Positions 43,892 through 53,722 of a stretch of DNA of 64,000 bases are shown here, in pieces. The first letter of the stretch is position 1, and each line of letters begins with the position of its first letter. Below the pieces are notes generated by a model. The model was not told where the DNA came from, did no database searches, and worked only from the letters and a program-made list of their open reading frames with translations. Origin of the DNA: a virus; the IMG/VR virus record IMGVR_UViG_3300037461_000748, positions 32,001-96,000 of that record; one strand, written 5' to 3'. A program made the translations under genes and the position numbers.

Positions 43892-45370
43892 ATGTATAAA
43901 CCCATTATCAAGCTTTTGAGAAGCCATGGGTTTTCAGCTTGGATATGTGGCGGTTCTGCCAGAGATTTATATCTCGGCTTAGAGACCAATGGACATGAGA
44001 TTGCTGTCAAAGCCACGTTAAACCAACTGAGGGAAGAACTGGGTGATAAGGTGCGGGGAATCAATGAATATGATACCTCGCTCCGTATTCACTTCATGGA
44101 TAGGGATTACACATTGTGTCCCCTTAAAAAAATTAATCTTGTTAACACCTATTATAGTTTTGATTACGTAACTTCGTTAGAAGAGGATGCCTCAACTAGG
44201 GATTTTACGATTAACGCTCTATATTATGATCCGCTGGAGGACCAGTGGTTTGATTTTAATAATGGCAAAAAAGACGCTGACGACAAAATTATTAGATTCG
44301 TTGGCGACCCTAAGACTAGAATTTTAGAATCAAAGGTCCGAATGATGAGAGCTGCGGTATTAAGCAGCACCTTAGGAGAGGGGTGGAACATTGACAATGA
44401 TTCTCAAAGTGCAATAAAAAGTTATAGATTAAAAGCTGTCCCAATTCATCCAAAGCAACAAAACGATGAATTTGTTACATTATTAAAGAGAGCTGAAAAG
44501 CCAAGTAAAGCTTTCAAAATTATGAGAGCTGTTAAGTTATTAGATGCTGTATTTCCGGAACTTAAGGAAACCATCGGTATTGAACAAAGTAATAAGGCCG
44601 ATAACTTAGACTTGTTTTCTCACATCATGCTTGCTGTGGACTCAATTCCATTAGACAAGCCAAATTCATTTATAATTAGATTAGCTGCGTTATTACATGA
44701 CATTGGTAAACCTTACACAATGGTTAAAACTCCTTCTGGAATTCATTTTTATAATCATGAAAACGTAGGTGCTTACATAGCTGAAAGAATCCTACAAAGG
44801 TGGGGCTTTAATAAACAAATTACTGATAAGATTCTAATCTTGATCCGTAATCATTTGTTTGACGCCTCCTCTACCAAGTCAGAAGCTTCTATTAAGAAAC
44901 TTATATCAAGGATTGGAGTAGAGCATATTCACGATTTATTAGATTTACGAATTGCTGATAGACTGGGCACCGGAAGGCCTGATATAAGTATGCAAAAAAT
45001 CTATCAATTAAGGGATAAGATAAATAATCAACTTGCTAAGACTAGTCCTAATAACTTTAAATTACAAATTAACCAAGAAACTCTTGAAACACTGTTGGGG
45101 AAATTTACAGACAACACATCAGCAGCTATTTCAGAAGCAAGAATGTTTTTGGAAAGTAGAGTAATATATGGACGATTATCTAATAAACAGCCTAACTTAA
45201 AAAAGGCTCTAAGTAAAATTATTAGAATTAGATGCCCACTAGACAAAGCACACCTGCTTAAGACGTGGGCTGATATTCAATCAGGAAGCGCCGAAACTTT
45301 CCCAAACGGGAAACTTGTATGTGGCGTTTACTGTAATTTCCTATGTAATCAATACATGAAAAATCAATAA
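43892..45370 (+). CDS. CCA-adding/poly(A) polymerase-family protein with HD domain (degenerate NTase motifs)
   Basis: GGSARD, RDFTINALYYD, IIRFVGDP and LLHDIGKP..HE..H..IAD motifs. Confidence 0.85.
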   Translation: MYKPIIKLLRSHGFSAWICGGSARDLYLGLETNGHEIAVKATLNQLREELGDKVRGINEYDTSLRIHFMDRDYTLCPLKKINLVNTYYSFDYVTSLEEDASTRDFTINALYYDPLEDQWFDFNNGKKDADDKIIRFVGDPKTRILESKVRMMRAAVLSSTLGEGWNIDNDSQSAIKSYRLKAVPIHPKQQNDEFVTLLKRAEKPSKAFKIMRAVKLLDAVFPELKETIGIEQSNKADNLDLFSHIMLAVDSIPLDKPNSFIIRLAALLHDIGKPYTMVKTPSGIHFYNHENVGAYIAERILQRWGFNKQITDKILILIRNHLFDASSTKSEASIKKLISRIGVEHIHDLLDLRIADRLGTGRPDISMQKIYQLRDKINNQLAKTSPNNFKLQINQETLETLLGKFTDNTSAAISEARMFLESRVIYGRLSNKQPNLKKALSKIIRIRCPLDKAHLLKTWADIQSGSAETFPNGKLVCGVYCNFLCNQYMKNQ

Positions 45371-45375
45371 ATGCA

Positions 45376-45765
45376 ATGGAGTTAATACCATGGATTGTTA
45401 TAGCCCTATTGGTAATAACAATTATCGTTTTAATAATTGAACTTCAGAAAAATAAAATTGGTTACAGGAAACTATTATCACAGAAAAAGAAGTCCGAGGT
45501 AAATCTGGGATATGTGTCTGAAAAATTAGCTCCATTTTTAAATGGATTTGGTTATGACCCGAACAGACTGATATTCATAGGAAAACCTATTGATTACATT
45601 CACTTCGGTGATAACGAAGTTACCTTTATAGAAATCAAATCAGGCAATTCTAGACTTACTAAAGGACAAAGAAGAATACGAAACTTAATCAAAGACTGTA
45701 AAGTGAACTGGTACGAATACAGGGTAAAGGGGAGTGGTGACAATGATAGTCCACCCTCTATTTAG
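45376..45765 (+). CDS. Membrane-anchored Holliday-junction-resolvase-like PD-(D/E)xK nuclease
   Basis: N-terminal TM; GYVSEKLAPFL..FIGKPIDYI..FIEIKSG..LTKGQRRI. Confidence 0.8.
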   Translation: MELIPWIVIALLVITIIVLIIELQKNKIGYRKLLSQKKKSEVNLGYVSEKLAPFLNGFGYDPNRLIFIGKPIDYIHFGDNEVTFIEIKSGNSRLTKGQRRIRNLIKDCKVNWYEYRVKGSGDNDSPPSI

Positions 45766-46495
45766 CAGCAGTGCGGGAAATGCGACTCTTATATACAACG
45801 ATGATGGCCAAATTTTGATTGACGCCGGAGTAAGCTTTAAAAGCTTAGTAGATACTGCAAAAGTAGATATTGCTTTGGATGCAGTGTTTATAACACACGA
45901 GCATATTGACCATGTAAGAGGTGCAGGAATTGTTGGTCGTAAAACTATGGCACCAGTTTACATTACTAAGCCATCATATGATAAGAAACCAGATTTATTT
46001 GATGGCTGTGATGTCCAATTTATATCTGGTGGAGACGTAGTTGAAACTAAAGGCTTTAAAGTTGAGCCCTTCAGTACAAGACATGACTCCAAAGCCAGCT
46101 TAGGGTACATCATTACTGACAAAATTAATGAAAAAAAATTCGGTTACATAACTGACACCGGAAGTTTTAGCAAACTCATGTTGGTAACATTGGTTGGATG
46201 TAATGCTTATTTGGTTGAAGCAGATTACGATGAACAAATGTTATTAGACTATGATGACTATGATCAGTATCTCAAGGATCGCATCATGGGACCATGGGGA
46301 CATTTAAGCAATGATCAAGCTATTAATTTTATTAAAACAGTAATTGACCTAGATGCTGTTGAGTGGATATTATTGGGACATATATCTGTGAGAACTAATA
46401 CACAGGAAAAAGTATTATCGGCCGTAAAAGCCGCTTTTCCAAACTACATCGATAAGTTCAAGTGTGCTCCTTTGGAAGAACCAAAGGAACTCTAA
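45743..46495 (+). CDS. Metallo-beta-lactamase-fold hydrolase (YycJ/WalJ-like)
   Basis: SSSAGN, IDAG, THEHIDH, HD, TDTG, GHLSN and GHIS..TN motifs. Confidence 0.9.
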   Translation: MIVHPLFSSSAGNATLIYNDDGQILIDAGVSFKSLVDTAKVDIALDAVFITHEHIDHVRGAGIVGRKTMAPVYITKPSYDKKPDLFDGCDVQFISGGDVVETKGFKVEPFSTRHDSKASLGYIITDKINEKKFGYITDTGSFSKLMLVTLVGCNAYLVEADYDEQMLLDYDDYDQYLKDRIMGPWGHLSNDQAINFIKTVIDLDAVEWILLGHISVRTNTQEKVLSAVKAAFPNYIDKFKCAPLEEPKEL

Positions 46496-46503
46496 AAAAG
46501 TTC

Positions 46504-46540
46504 TTGTAATTGTAGTTTGATTTTCTTACTTTATAAAGTA
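46504..46540 (+). promoter_or_regulatory. Sigma70-like promoter
   Basis: TTGTAA-17 nt-TACTTT followed by ATAAAGTA. Confidence 0.55.
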
Positions 46541-46563
46541 AATACTTCAAACCAATTCATTAC

Positions 46564-47214
46564 ATGGATGATAAAACACTATGCTTCGACATAGAAACAA
46601 TTCCACAGATAGCGCCACTCTCTGACATTCAGTCAGAAGAGTTAAATCGGAAACTGGAAAATTACATGGCCTACCATACTAATGAAGACCCGGAAGAGGC
46701 AAAGCGTAAGCTCATGGGCACAAATCCCTTTTTCGGAGAAATTGTTTGCATAGGATTAGGTTATGAAGCTAATGGTAGTTTTAAAACAAAGGCGTTGATA
46801 GGAGAGGAAAAGCAAATTCTTACAGAATTTTGGGAAATCCTGTCGAAATTTAACGGAACCTTTGTATCTTATAACGGTATAGAATTTGACGCATGGTTTG
46901 TTATCACGCGTACTATGATGTATAATATTACAATAACTAATAAAAACTTCATAGATACTCGCCGATTTCAAAAACGTCCTCATTTCGATGTTAAACAAAT
47001 ATTATCAGATTGGGACAAATATCGCTCAATAACTCTGAACTTAGCTTGTGATTATCTTGGCGTATCATCTCCAAAAGATGGTTTAAAGGCCAAGGATGTA
47101 TGGCAAGCTTATGCTGAAGGACGAATTGACGAAATAGCAGAGTACTGCTTGAAAGACATAACAGCGACATATCAAATTTATAATATCGTTAAAAATTATA
47201 CACTTATGCGATAA
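46564..47214 (+). CDS. PolB-type 3'-5' exonuclease (DEDDy)
   Basis: FDIET, YNGIEFD and YCLKD motifs. Confidence 0.85.
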   Translation: MDDKTLCFDIETIPQIAPLSDIQSEELNRKLENYMAYHTNEDPEEAKRKLMGTNPFFGEIVCIGLGYEANGSFKTKALIGEEKQILTEFWEILSKFNGTFVSYNGIEFDAWFVITRTMMYNITITNKNFIDTRRFQKRPHFDVKQILSDWDKYRSITLNLACDYLGVSSPKDGLKAKDVWQAYAEGRIDEIAEYCLKDITATYQIYNIVKNYTLMR

Positions 47215-47230
47215 ACCGTAATTACGATTA

Positions 47231-48148
47231 ATGAGCATATTTCAAAAGGCGGAAAAGAATCCGCAAAGATTGAAAATGTACGTCTTTGGCGAGACCGGTA
47301 CGGGTAAAACTGTAACTGCGCTACACTTTCCAAGCGTCGCTTTCATCGACACTGAAAAAGGAACTGAGTATTATGGAGAACATTTCGATTTTCATAGGAT
47401 CCAAACCTCAGATCCTGATAAGATTCATCAGGCTCTTAATGAACTGATGAAAGACCCTGGCGGCTTCAAAACCGTCGTAATTGATCCGTTTACTAACGTT
47501 TATGACGCAATCGTTGACAAACGAATACGTCAACAGAAAATCAAACTTGGCAATCCCGAGTATTTGATCCAACCGTTAGATTATAAATGGGTCAAGGGAG
47601 AAGTTAAATCTATCATTAAAAAGCTCTTAGCTTTAGACATGAACATCATTGTTACAGCACCTTCGAAGGTATTATATAGTTCCGAAAAAGAAGACTTTAT
47701 GAAAGTCATTGGAACTGATGCTGAAGGTCCTAAACAACTCCCGTTTATGTTTGACGTGGTATTAGAGCTTAAGCTTGAAGGTAAAAAGCGTTTGGCATTT
47801 GCCAGAAAAGATAGAACTAACAAACTTCCGTTGGACGAATGGTTTGAGTTCTCATACCCTTCTTTTACAAGGTACATTGGAGTAGAGGGACTCGAAAGAG
47901 ACGCAGTTGTGTTCAGGCAGCAACAGGATTTAGATGCTCGCAGTGAGAGAAATGTTCCTGTTAAGTATAACGGAAAAGAAATTCTCACAGCTGGTATCAA
48001 AGCTGAGTCCTTGAAAAAGTTAGAAATTCTAGCTAAGAAGGATCCAGATATCGTAAAAAATAAACTAAAAGAAGACTACATGGTGGACAGTGTTTTAGAT
48101 CTTAGAGAAGACGAAGCACAGTTGTTAATCACTGACTTAACCAGTTAA
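47231..48148 (+). CDS. AAA_24/Sak4-like ATPase (recombination)
   Basis: GETGTGKT, IDTEKG, VVID, FDVV and KDRT motifs. Confidence 0.8.
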   Translation: MSIFQKAEKNPQRLKMYVFGETGTGKTVTALHFPSVAFIDTEKGTEYYGEHFDFHRIQTSDPDKIHQALNELMKDPGGFKTVVIDPFTNVYDAIVDKRIRQQKIKLGNPEYLIQPLDYKWVKGEVKSIIKKLLALDMNIIVTAPSKVLYSSEKEDFMKVIGTDAEGPKQLPFMFDVVLELKLEGKKRLAFARKDRTNKLPLDEWFEFSYPSFTRYIGVEGLERDAVVFRQQQDLDARSERNVPVKYNGKEILTAGIKAESLKKLEILAKKDPDIVKNKLKEDYMVDSVLDLREDEAQLLITDLTS

Positions 48149-48154
48149 TTTTTA

Positions 48155-48601
48155 ATGGGATATAATCTTAAAAAGGCCGCTGACAATGACTCTAGTGGAG
48201 ATTTTCAGGCATTGCCAGCAGGAAGATACACTTTACAAGTAGAGGATGCTGACGTACAATCATCTTCTACAGGAAAACCAATGATTGCAGTTACCTTTAC
48301 AGTAGTGAGTGGTGAATTTGCTAATAGAAAGCTGTGGCATAACTTCACTATTACAGAGAAGGCGTTGCCCTTCTTAACTCGCTTCTTAAAGGCTTGCGGA
48401 TCTAATATCATTGAAGAAGAAGACGTTGAAGCCTACGCAATTGCACAGGATATGTTGAAAAAAGTCGTAACGGCTTATACAGAGCCAGGAAAAACTATCA
48501 ACGGCAATCCAAAAAATGATCTTAAAAATTGGAAATCTGTAAAAGAAGCCTCAGGTCTTGACGACGACACTGCTAGTGCAGATGACGAGCTTTTTAGTTA
48601 A
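48155..48601 (+). CDS. DUF669-like single-stranded DNA-binding protein
   Basis: FQALPAGRY..SSTGKPMI..F.VVSGEFANRKLW; acidic C-terminal tail. Confidence 0.8.
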   Translation: MGYNLKKAADNDSSGDFQALPAGRYTLQVEDADVQSSSTGKPMIAVTFTVVSGEFANRKLWHNFTITEKALPFLTRFLKACGSNIIEEEDVEAYAIAQDMLKKVVTAYTEPGKTINGNPKNDLKNWKSVKEASGLDDDTASADDELFS

Positions 48602-48608
48602 GTAACTG

Positions 48609-48642
48609 TACGGAAGAGGGCCTACGTTGGCCTTCTTCCGTA
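48609..48642 (+). terminator. Stem-loop (terminator or mRNA-stabilising hairpin)
   Basis: TACGGAAGAGGGCC-TACGTT-GGCCTTCTTCCGTA; no strong U tract. Confidence 0.6.
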
Positions 48643-48667
48643 ATTAATTAACCAATTTTTTATTTAT

Positions 48668-50296
48668 ATGGAATACCGAAATTCAGAAAGAGAAAAAGCT
48701 GTAAAGTTTACATTAAAGACTCTAGAAGCATTCTCCATCTATGAAGTTACCGTCAATTATACAAGCAAGGGTAACTATCGTGCGCACGTTCGTTTTGACT
48801 CGGCAGACGGGCATTTGCTATTACAGCAATATTTACCAGAAGTAACTTTTGTCCCAGGAGAAAATAATACACTTAAATTTAACTTGGTTACTACTTTTTA
48901 TGGAGATGTCTCTCGAATAAAAGAAGCAATAATTTCTTTCAATTCTATTGATAGAGATGGTTTTATAGAAGGAGGGGAACTAAGCAGCGCAGTGTTAGCT
49001 GAGACAGAAAAACAATCTTTTCTAGAGCTTGATCCAAAAACATTAAATATAAAGAAAAAGTTCGATCTACGTTTACATGTCACACAACCTAAGTATTTAG
49101 CTAATGATTTTGAATCAAAATTCCCAACAAGATTGACCCCAATAATTATTCATGGGTTTTATAATAGAGAAGACGGCCTCGGTGCCCACCTTCCAAATTT
49201 GTATGAAAAAGTCTTTAGAGATTATAAAGACGTGTCTTTCAGTAGACAATTGAACCGCGTTAATGGACATTTTTCCTTTCTTAATAGAGAAAAAACTCTG
49301 AAAAACTTAGAGAACGAACAATATGATAGAGACTTCAAGTGGATGAACTTTTATTATAATAAGGAGCATAATCACATTGTTCAGCCGTCTATTTATCAGG
49401 GTGCAAAATTCATTCACGTAGGAGGCATCGGTCTAACTACTCACGAAGTTTGGGGAGATACAAAATTACTACAAGAAGTTAAGGATAAGTATAAAGGATC
49501 TTCGTACTTATACGTGATGTGGGAAAGTGATGACATCGAAATTATTAGACAATTATTAGAAAAATTTGATAACATCGTCGTTACTAATAACTGGCTAAAA
49601 ACCCTATTAGAGGATAAACTGAATGGTCCAAAGATTCACCGGGTAGAACATGTTGCTAAGTATTACGACGTGCCATCTACTGGTGGCGTTAATTCATTTA
49701 ACTTTGGTTATTCTGGTGGATTATGGGAAAGAAAAAATGTCAATGAATTAATCAAAGCTTTTAATAAGATTAAAACAAAAGATGACATGCTAAAAATTCA
49801 TTCCAGGGAATTTGTTAATACTCCAAAGATGCTTAAGATCGTCAAAGAAGAAATTGAAAAGGATCCGAAGTACATTGATCTAAAAAATAGGACATTAAAC
49901 AATGATGAGTATGCAGATTGGTGGAACACCTTAAACTGTTTTGTATTTGCATCGGGTGGAGAATCTTACAGTATTCAACCTAGACAAGCTTTAATGCAGG
50001 GCATCCCAGTAATATTAAGCAAAAATACAGCCCACTTGGATCTATTAGACGTTCCAGGTATCTTATGGGTCGAGACTGATCACATGAAAAAAGCCCAGTT
50101 CTCTGGTGATCCAAACTCCGATGTATTCATCGGATATGAGTCTGTGCCAGATTATAAACAAATGCAAGAATTAATGATTGAAGTCAAGGAAAACTATAGC
50201 CACTGGAAAGCAGAAGCTATTAAAGGTGGGGAAATAATTAGAGAAAGAGTTTCAAACGATAACATTAAGAAACAATGGGACGACGTATTATTATAA
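48668..50296 (+). CDS. GT-B glycosyltransferase with extra N-terminal domain
   Basis: MWES, ERKNVNELIKAF and SGGESYSIQPRQALMQGIPVI motifs. Confidence 0.75.
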   Translation: MEYRNSEREKAVKFTLKTLEAFSIYEVTVNYTSKGNYRAHVRFDSADGHLLLQQYLPEVTFVPGENNTLKFNLVTTFYGDVSRIKEAIISFNSIDRDGFIEGGELSSAVLAETEKQSFLELDPKTLNIKKKFDLRLHVTQPKYLANDFESKFPTRLTPIIIHGFYNREDGLGAHLPNLYEKVFRDYKDVSFSRQLNRVNGHFSFLNREKTLKNLENEQYDRDFKWMNFYYNKEHNHIVQPSIYQGAKFIHVGGIGLTTHEVWGDTKLLQEVKDKYKGSSYLYVMWESDDIEIIRQLLEKFDNIVVTNNWLKTLLEDKLNGPKIHRVEHVAKYYDVPSTGGVNSFNFGYSGGLWERKNVNELIKAFNKIKTKDDMLKIHSREFVNTPKMLKIVKEEIEKDPKYIDLKNRTLNNDEYADWWNTLNCFVFASGGESYSIQPRQALMQGIPVILSKNTAHLDLLDVPGILWVETDHMKKAQFSGDPNSDVFIGYESVPDYKQMQELMIEVKENYSHWKAEAIKGGEIIRERVSNDNIKKQWDDVLL

Positions 50297-51042
50297 CTAT
50301 GACCGCCCATCGGCGACCATATTACTTTGAACAAGCTGTTAAATCAATCGAAGAGGCTTATTGCAGTAGTTATAGTACAATCTTGGTTAGTGTCGATGGG
50401 GGTTACCCCATCGCACAACAAGAAATTGTCAATGTTGCCAAAGCTTCAAAATTAAATTTTGACATTATTACTCACAATGAAATTCTAGGCTGTGCTGGAA
50501 ATACTGGCTTCGTGTTACGAGAGGGATTTAATAGAGCTGATAGAGTAGTTCATCTTGAGGAAGATATTATTATTTCTAAGAGATTTCTATTATACATGGA
50601 ACAGATGTTAGACCACTTTGAAGATAATAAAGATATATTTTCAATATCTGGATTTAGTCATAATAAAAAGCCAGATCTAAAACTTATTAATAAGGTGGAA
50701 GTAATTAAAAGATTTAGATGCGTAGGCTGGGGAATGTGGAAAGACCGTTTTGAAGACATAGATGAGTGGTTTGGAATATCATGGAAACCAGATCGACCGT
50801 TCACCGATGCCAATGTTCCGGAAGGAGAAGAATTCCTCAAATGGATTAATAAAACAGCCTATGGAAGCTGGGGCTGGGCAATGGACATGTATCATAGACG
50901 CGGCAGATCTTCCATCGCACCATTTGTATCTAAGAGTAGACACATCGGTCAATTAGATGGAACATTCTGTAAAGGAAATGAAAAAATCGAACCCATGTGG
51001 GCTGGAAATGTTAAAAAGTTAGAAGGTGAAATAATGCTATGA
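50275..51042 (+). CDS. GT-A glycosyltransferase
   Basis: RRPYYF, VSVDG, HLEEDI, SISGF, GWGMWKDRF and SRHIG motifs. Confidence 0.8.
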   Translation: MGRRIIITMTAHRRPYYFEQAVKSIEEAYCSSYSTILVSVDGGYPIAQQEIVNVAKASKLNFDIITHNEILGCAGNTGFVLREGFNRADRVVHLEEDIIISKRFLLYMEQMLDHFEDNKDIFSISGFSHNKKPDLKLINKVEVIKRFRCVGWGMWKDRFEDIDEWFGISWKPDRPFTDANVPEGEEFLKWINKTAYGSWGWAMDMYHRRGRSSIAPFVSKSRHIGQLDGTFCKGNEKIEPMWAGNVKKLEGEIML

Positions 51043-52016
51043 GAATATTATGGGCATTGATGGATTATAATGAACCATTTTGTGGAGGCGTAGAAAGAAC
51101 TTTTCATAACATGGTTACAATGGCAAATGGTCATGAAAATCATATTTGGCCTACGTCGTTGTCTAATAGACTAATTTTGCCATCAAATGCAATACGTGTG
51201 AGCGGTCCTGCAAGCAACTATGATCTTGCCATAATAGAGAGCAATGAAAAAGTAACTAGGCACTTAGACCGTATTATAAGTAAGTCTAAAATTGTTGTTA
51301 TTAAGATGCAGCATCTCGTTAGACGTAACATCAACGCATTGGTGTCTAAAGGTAACTTTGTATATCTCGGATATAATTGGCCCGATGAGATAACATTAAA
51401 TGAGAACCGTAAAAATAAGTTCTTCGTAGTATCTCCATTTACGGACACAGACTTTTGGAAGTGCACCGGAACTCCTAAGGTTGCTGGAAACTTCGTAATA
51501 GTAGGTAGAGTTGCTAAAGAAAAGGGTGTCAATGAATTTCTCAGGGCGTATAATGCTCATAATATCAAAGAAAGATCTAATATTAAGATCGTAGGAGGAA
51601 GTATACCTCCAGATGAAAGAGCATTATTATCCAAGACCCTAAGTCAAGTTAATATTACTTATAAGTGGAACCAAAGTTTCAGGCCAGATAACGAAGTTAG
51701 ATCGGCTTATAATGACGCAGAAGTTACCATTGTATCTTCACCAAAGGAATCCTTTGGCCATCACATAATAGAGTCATTATTATGTGGAACACCGGTAATG
51801 ACAGCTTACAAATATTGGTGCTCGTCATTACAATGGTTTGGAAAATACGTTACTCAATGTATCGATTACAACGATATGCTTGACAAGATTGACAAGAAAG
51901 CTTACATCAATCCATTGCAGTTTCGTAATGAACTTGCACAAAAGTTTGGAATGAAAGAAAACAGAGTCGCCTTTAATCAGTTATTAGAAACAATAGCTAA
52001 GATGGAGTTGAAATAA
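51039..52016 (+). CDS. GT4-like glycosyltransferase
   Basis: GGVER, VGRVAKEKG and ESFGHHIIESLLCGTPV motifs. Confidence 0.85.
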   Translation: MRILWALMDYNEPFCGGVERTFHNMVTMANGHENHIWPTSLSNRLILPSNAIRVSGPASNYDLAIIESNEKVTRHLDRIISKSKIVVIKMQHLVRRNINALVSKGNFVYLGYNWPDEITLNENRKNKFFVVSPFTDTDFWKCTGTPKVAGNFVIVGRVAKEKGVNEFLRAYNAHNIKERSNIKIVGGSIPPDERALLSKTLSQVNITYKWNQSFRPDNEVRSAYNDAEVTIVSSPKESFGHHIIESLLCGTPVMTAYKYWCSSLQWFGKYVTQCIDYNDMLDKIDKKAYINPLQFRNELAQKFGMKENRVAFNQLLETIAKMELK

Positions 52017-52019
52017 ATA

Positions 52020-52247
52020 ATGAGAGGATTTAATAAATGCGTTACGTGTGGGCGCTGGTGCAATAGTAGTTCATTTAACACAACTGGCGGAACGAGAGTT
52101 TACCATTGTCCCACAGCTGCGTGTAATCCCTTAACGCCAGTCAATGCCAATCATGGACCTATTTTAATTAACATTAGAAATAGAACTCCCTATGACGATG
52201 TCATTGACTTAATTAATGAGAGGATATTACAATGCGCTACTACATAG
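52020..52247 (+). CDS. Small Zn-ribbon protein
   Basis: CVTCGRW..YHCP..C pattern. Confidence 0.55.
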   Translation: MRGFNKCVTCGRWCNSSSFNTTGGTRVYHCPTAACNPLTPVNANHGPILINIRNRTPYDDVIDLINERILQCATT

Positions 52248-52741
52248 ACACGGAATTCATAGAGATGCCTAATACAATTGAGTTGATATCCATTGGCATC
52301 GTTTGTGAAGACGGTAGAGAATATTATAATATAGCCAATTGGTATACCTATGAACATGCTAGTGACTGGGTCAAAGAAAATGTAATTAAACCCATCCATA
52401 AAGTAATGTTTGATGGTCACGAAAAAGTACCAGATATTAGTGTTTTTCATCATCAATTTGGACAATCTGTTAGAGATATGAAAAACCAAATATTAGGATT
52501 CGTAGGAAAAGATCCTGAATTCTGGGGATATTACGCAGACTACGATTGGGTAGCATTCTGTTGGATTTTTGGCCGAATGTTAGATTTACCAATGAGCTGG
52601 CCAAAGTATTGTAGAGATTTAAAGCAATTAGCTGACGACGTGGGTAAGCCAAAATTTGATAAACCGACGCAGACGCATAATGCGTTGGATGATGCACTAT
52701 GGAACAAGAAATTTCACGAATATTTATTAATAAAGGAGTAA
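52232..52741 (+). CDS. DEDDh 3'-5' exoribonuclease (Rv2179c/RNase AS-like)
   Basis: IDTEF, LISIGIV, YYADYDWV and HNALDDA motifs. Confidence 0.85.
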   Translation: MRYYIDTEFIEMPNTIELISIGIVCEDGREYYNIANWYTYEHASDWVKENVIKPIHKVMFDGHEKVPDISVFHHQFGQSVRDMKNQILGFVGKDPEFWGYYADYDWVAFCWIFGRMLDLPMSWPKYCRDLKQLADDVGKPKFDKPTQTHNALDDALWNKKFHEYLLIKE

Positions 52742-52747
52742 TGACTC

Positions 52748-53035
52748 TTGAATAAATTTAGATGTGAAAAATGCGGACGTTTCGTGGGACAATACGATTA
52801 CATTGAAGTCAGGACATCAAAACATTATCATTGCCCAACTTGTGACCAAGCGCAGCCATCTGTATTTAGCATCAGTTCCCTTAGAGAAGCTCGATTAGAT
52901 GGAAGAAGTATTACACCAAAGTTAAATTTTCACTTTAGAGCATCAGAACAGGTTATACCTAGAAAACTATTAAAGTACACAAAGAAAGACTTAGCGCTCA
53001 TGGAGGAATATGTTAGACGCTATACCAACAATTAA
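52748..53035 (+). CDS. Zn-ribbon hypothetical protein
   Basis: CEKCGRF..YHCPTC; resembles 52020-52247. Confidence 0.55.
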   Translation: MNKFRCEKCGRFVGQYDYIEVRTSKHYHCPTCDQAQPSVFSISSLREARLDGRSITPKLNFHFRASEQVIPRKLLKYTKKDLALMEEYVRRYTNN

Positions 53036-53318
53036 AATTGAAATAGAGGGATTAAAACACCAGGTATTACACGCTTTCTCAGCCCGTCTAAACGAGCTTA
53101 GAGATTATGCAGCTGAAGTCATTGATCACTCGATGAATCTGTTGCGAGAAAAAGGATTAGAAGCAGCAATAATTAAAGCTGTAACGCAAGTCATGGATGA
53201 GGCCATTGACAGTGGCATTAAAGAAGCAGTGAAGGAAGCAGTCGCTGATTATTTTGAAGTAGGAAAGGGAAAGGATTACATAATAGACGCAATCATTAAA
53301 GTGCTGGAGAAAAAATGA
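53010..53318 (+). CDS. Hypothetical protein
   Basis: Coupled ORF within the operon. Confidence 0.6.
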   Translation: MLDAIPTIKIEIEGLKHQVLHAFSARLNELRDYAAEVIDHSMNLLREKGLEAAIIKAVTQVMDEAIDSGIKEAVKEAVADYFEVGKGKDYIIDAIIKVLEKK

Positions 53319-53722
53319 GAATTGACTATAGTGTAATCTCTGATGGATCAATGAATGATAGAATTCTATGGATATGTGCGCTGGCTTATACTGATATGTC
53401 TAAGAAACCGATACGACACGTTGAACCTACAAGAGTAATTATAGTCCGATATCAAATAATTTATGCAGGTCTTGACAGTTATGATACTTATTTTGTACCG
53501 CTCAATAGAAATGGTGAAATGATTCAAAAGAAAGCCTTTATTGCATATGGAAGACCTACTTGGCATATTAACATTTTCGATAACGAAGAAGAGTGTATTA
53601 ATGAGTATCTGATTCTATGCAAAAGGGCATTAGAAAAATTAAAAGAATGGATTACAGCTCAACATGAAATTCATGATGGGCAGAACCAAAGAATTACCCA
53701 TTTAATGGACAAATACAGATGA
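53315..53722 (+). CDS. Hypothetical protein (paralogue of next gene)
   Basis: Shared W.CAL...H.EPT.V.I...PLN..G..I...I.DN..ECI..Y..LC...DKY pattern. Confidence 0.65.
   Translation: MRIDYSVISDGSMNDRILWICALAYTDMSKKPIRHVEPTRVIIVRYQIIYAGLDSYDTYFVPLNRNGEMIQKKAFIAYGRPTWHINIFDNEEECINEYLILCKRALEKLKEWITAQHEIHDGQNQRITHLMDKYR

Noticed and set aside
48668-49020. Intein or LAGLIDADG remnant (FDSADG, IDRDG) at the GT N-terminus
   Set aside because: No intein splice-junction residues and the motif context is poor; more likely a beta-sandwich accessory domain.
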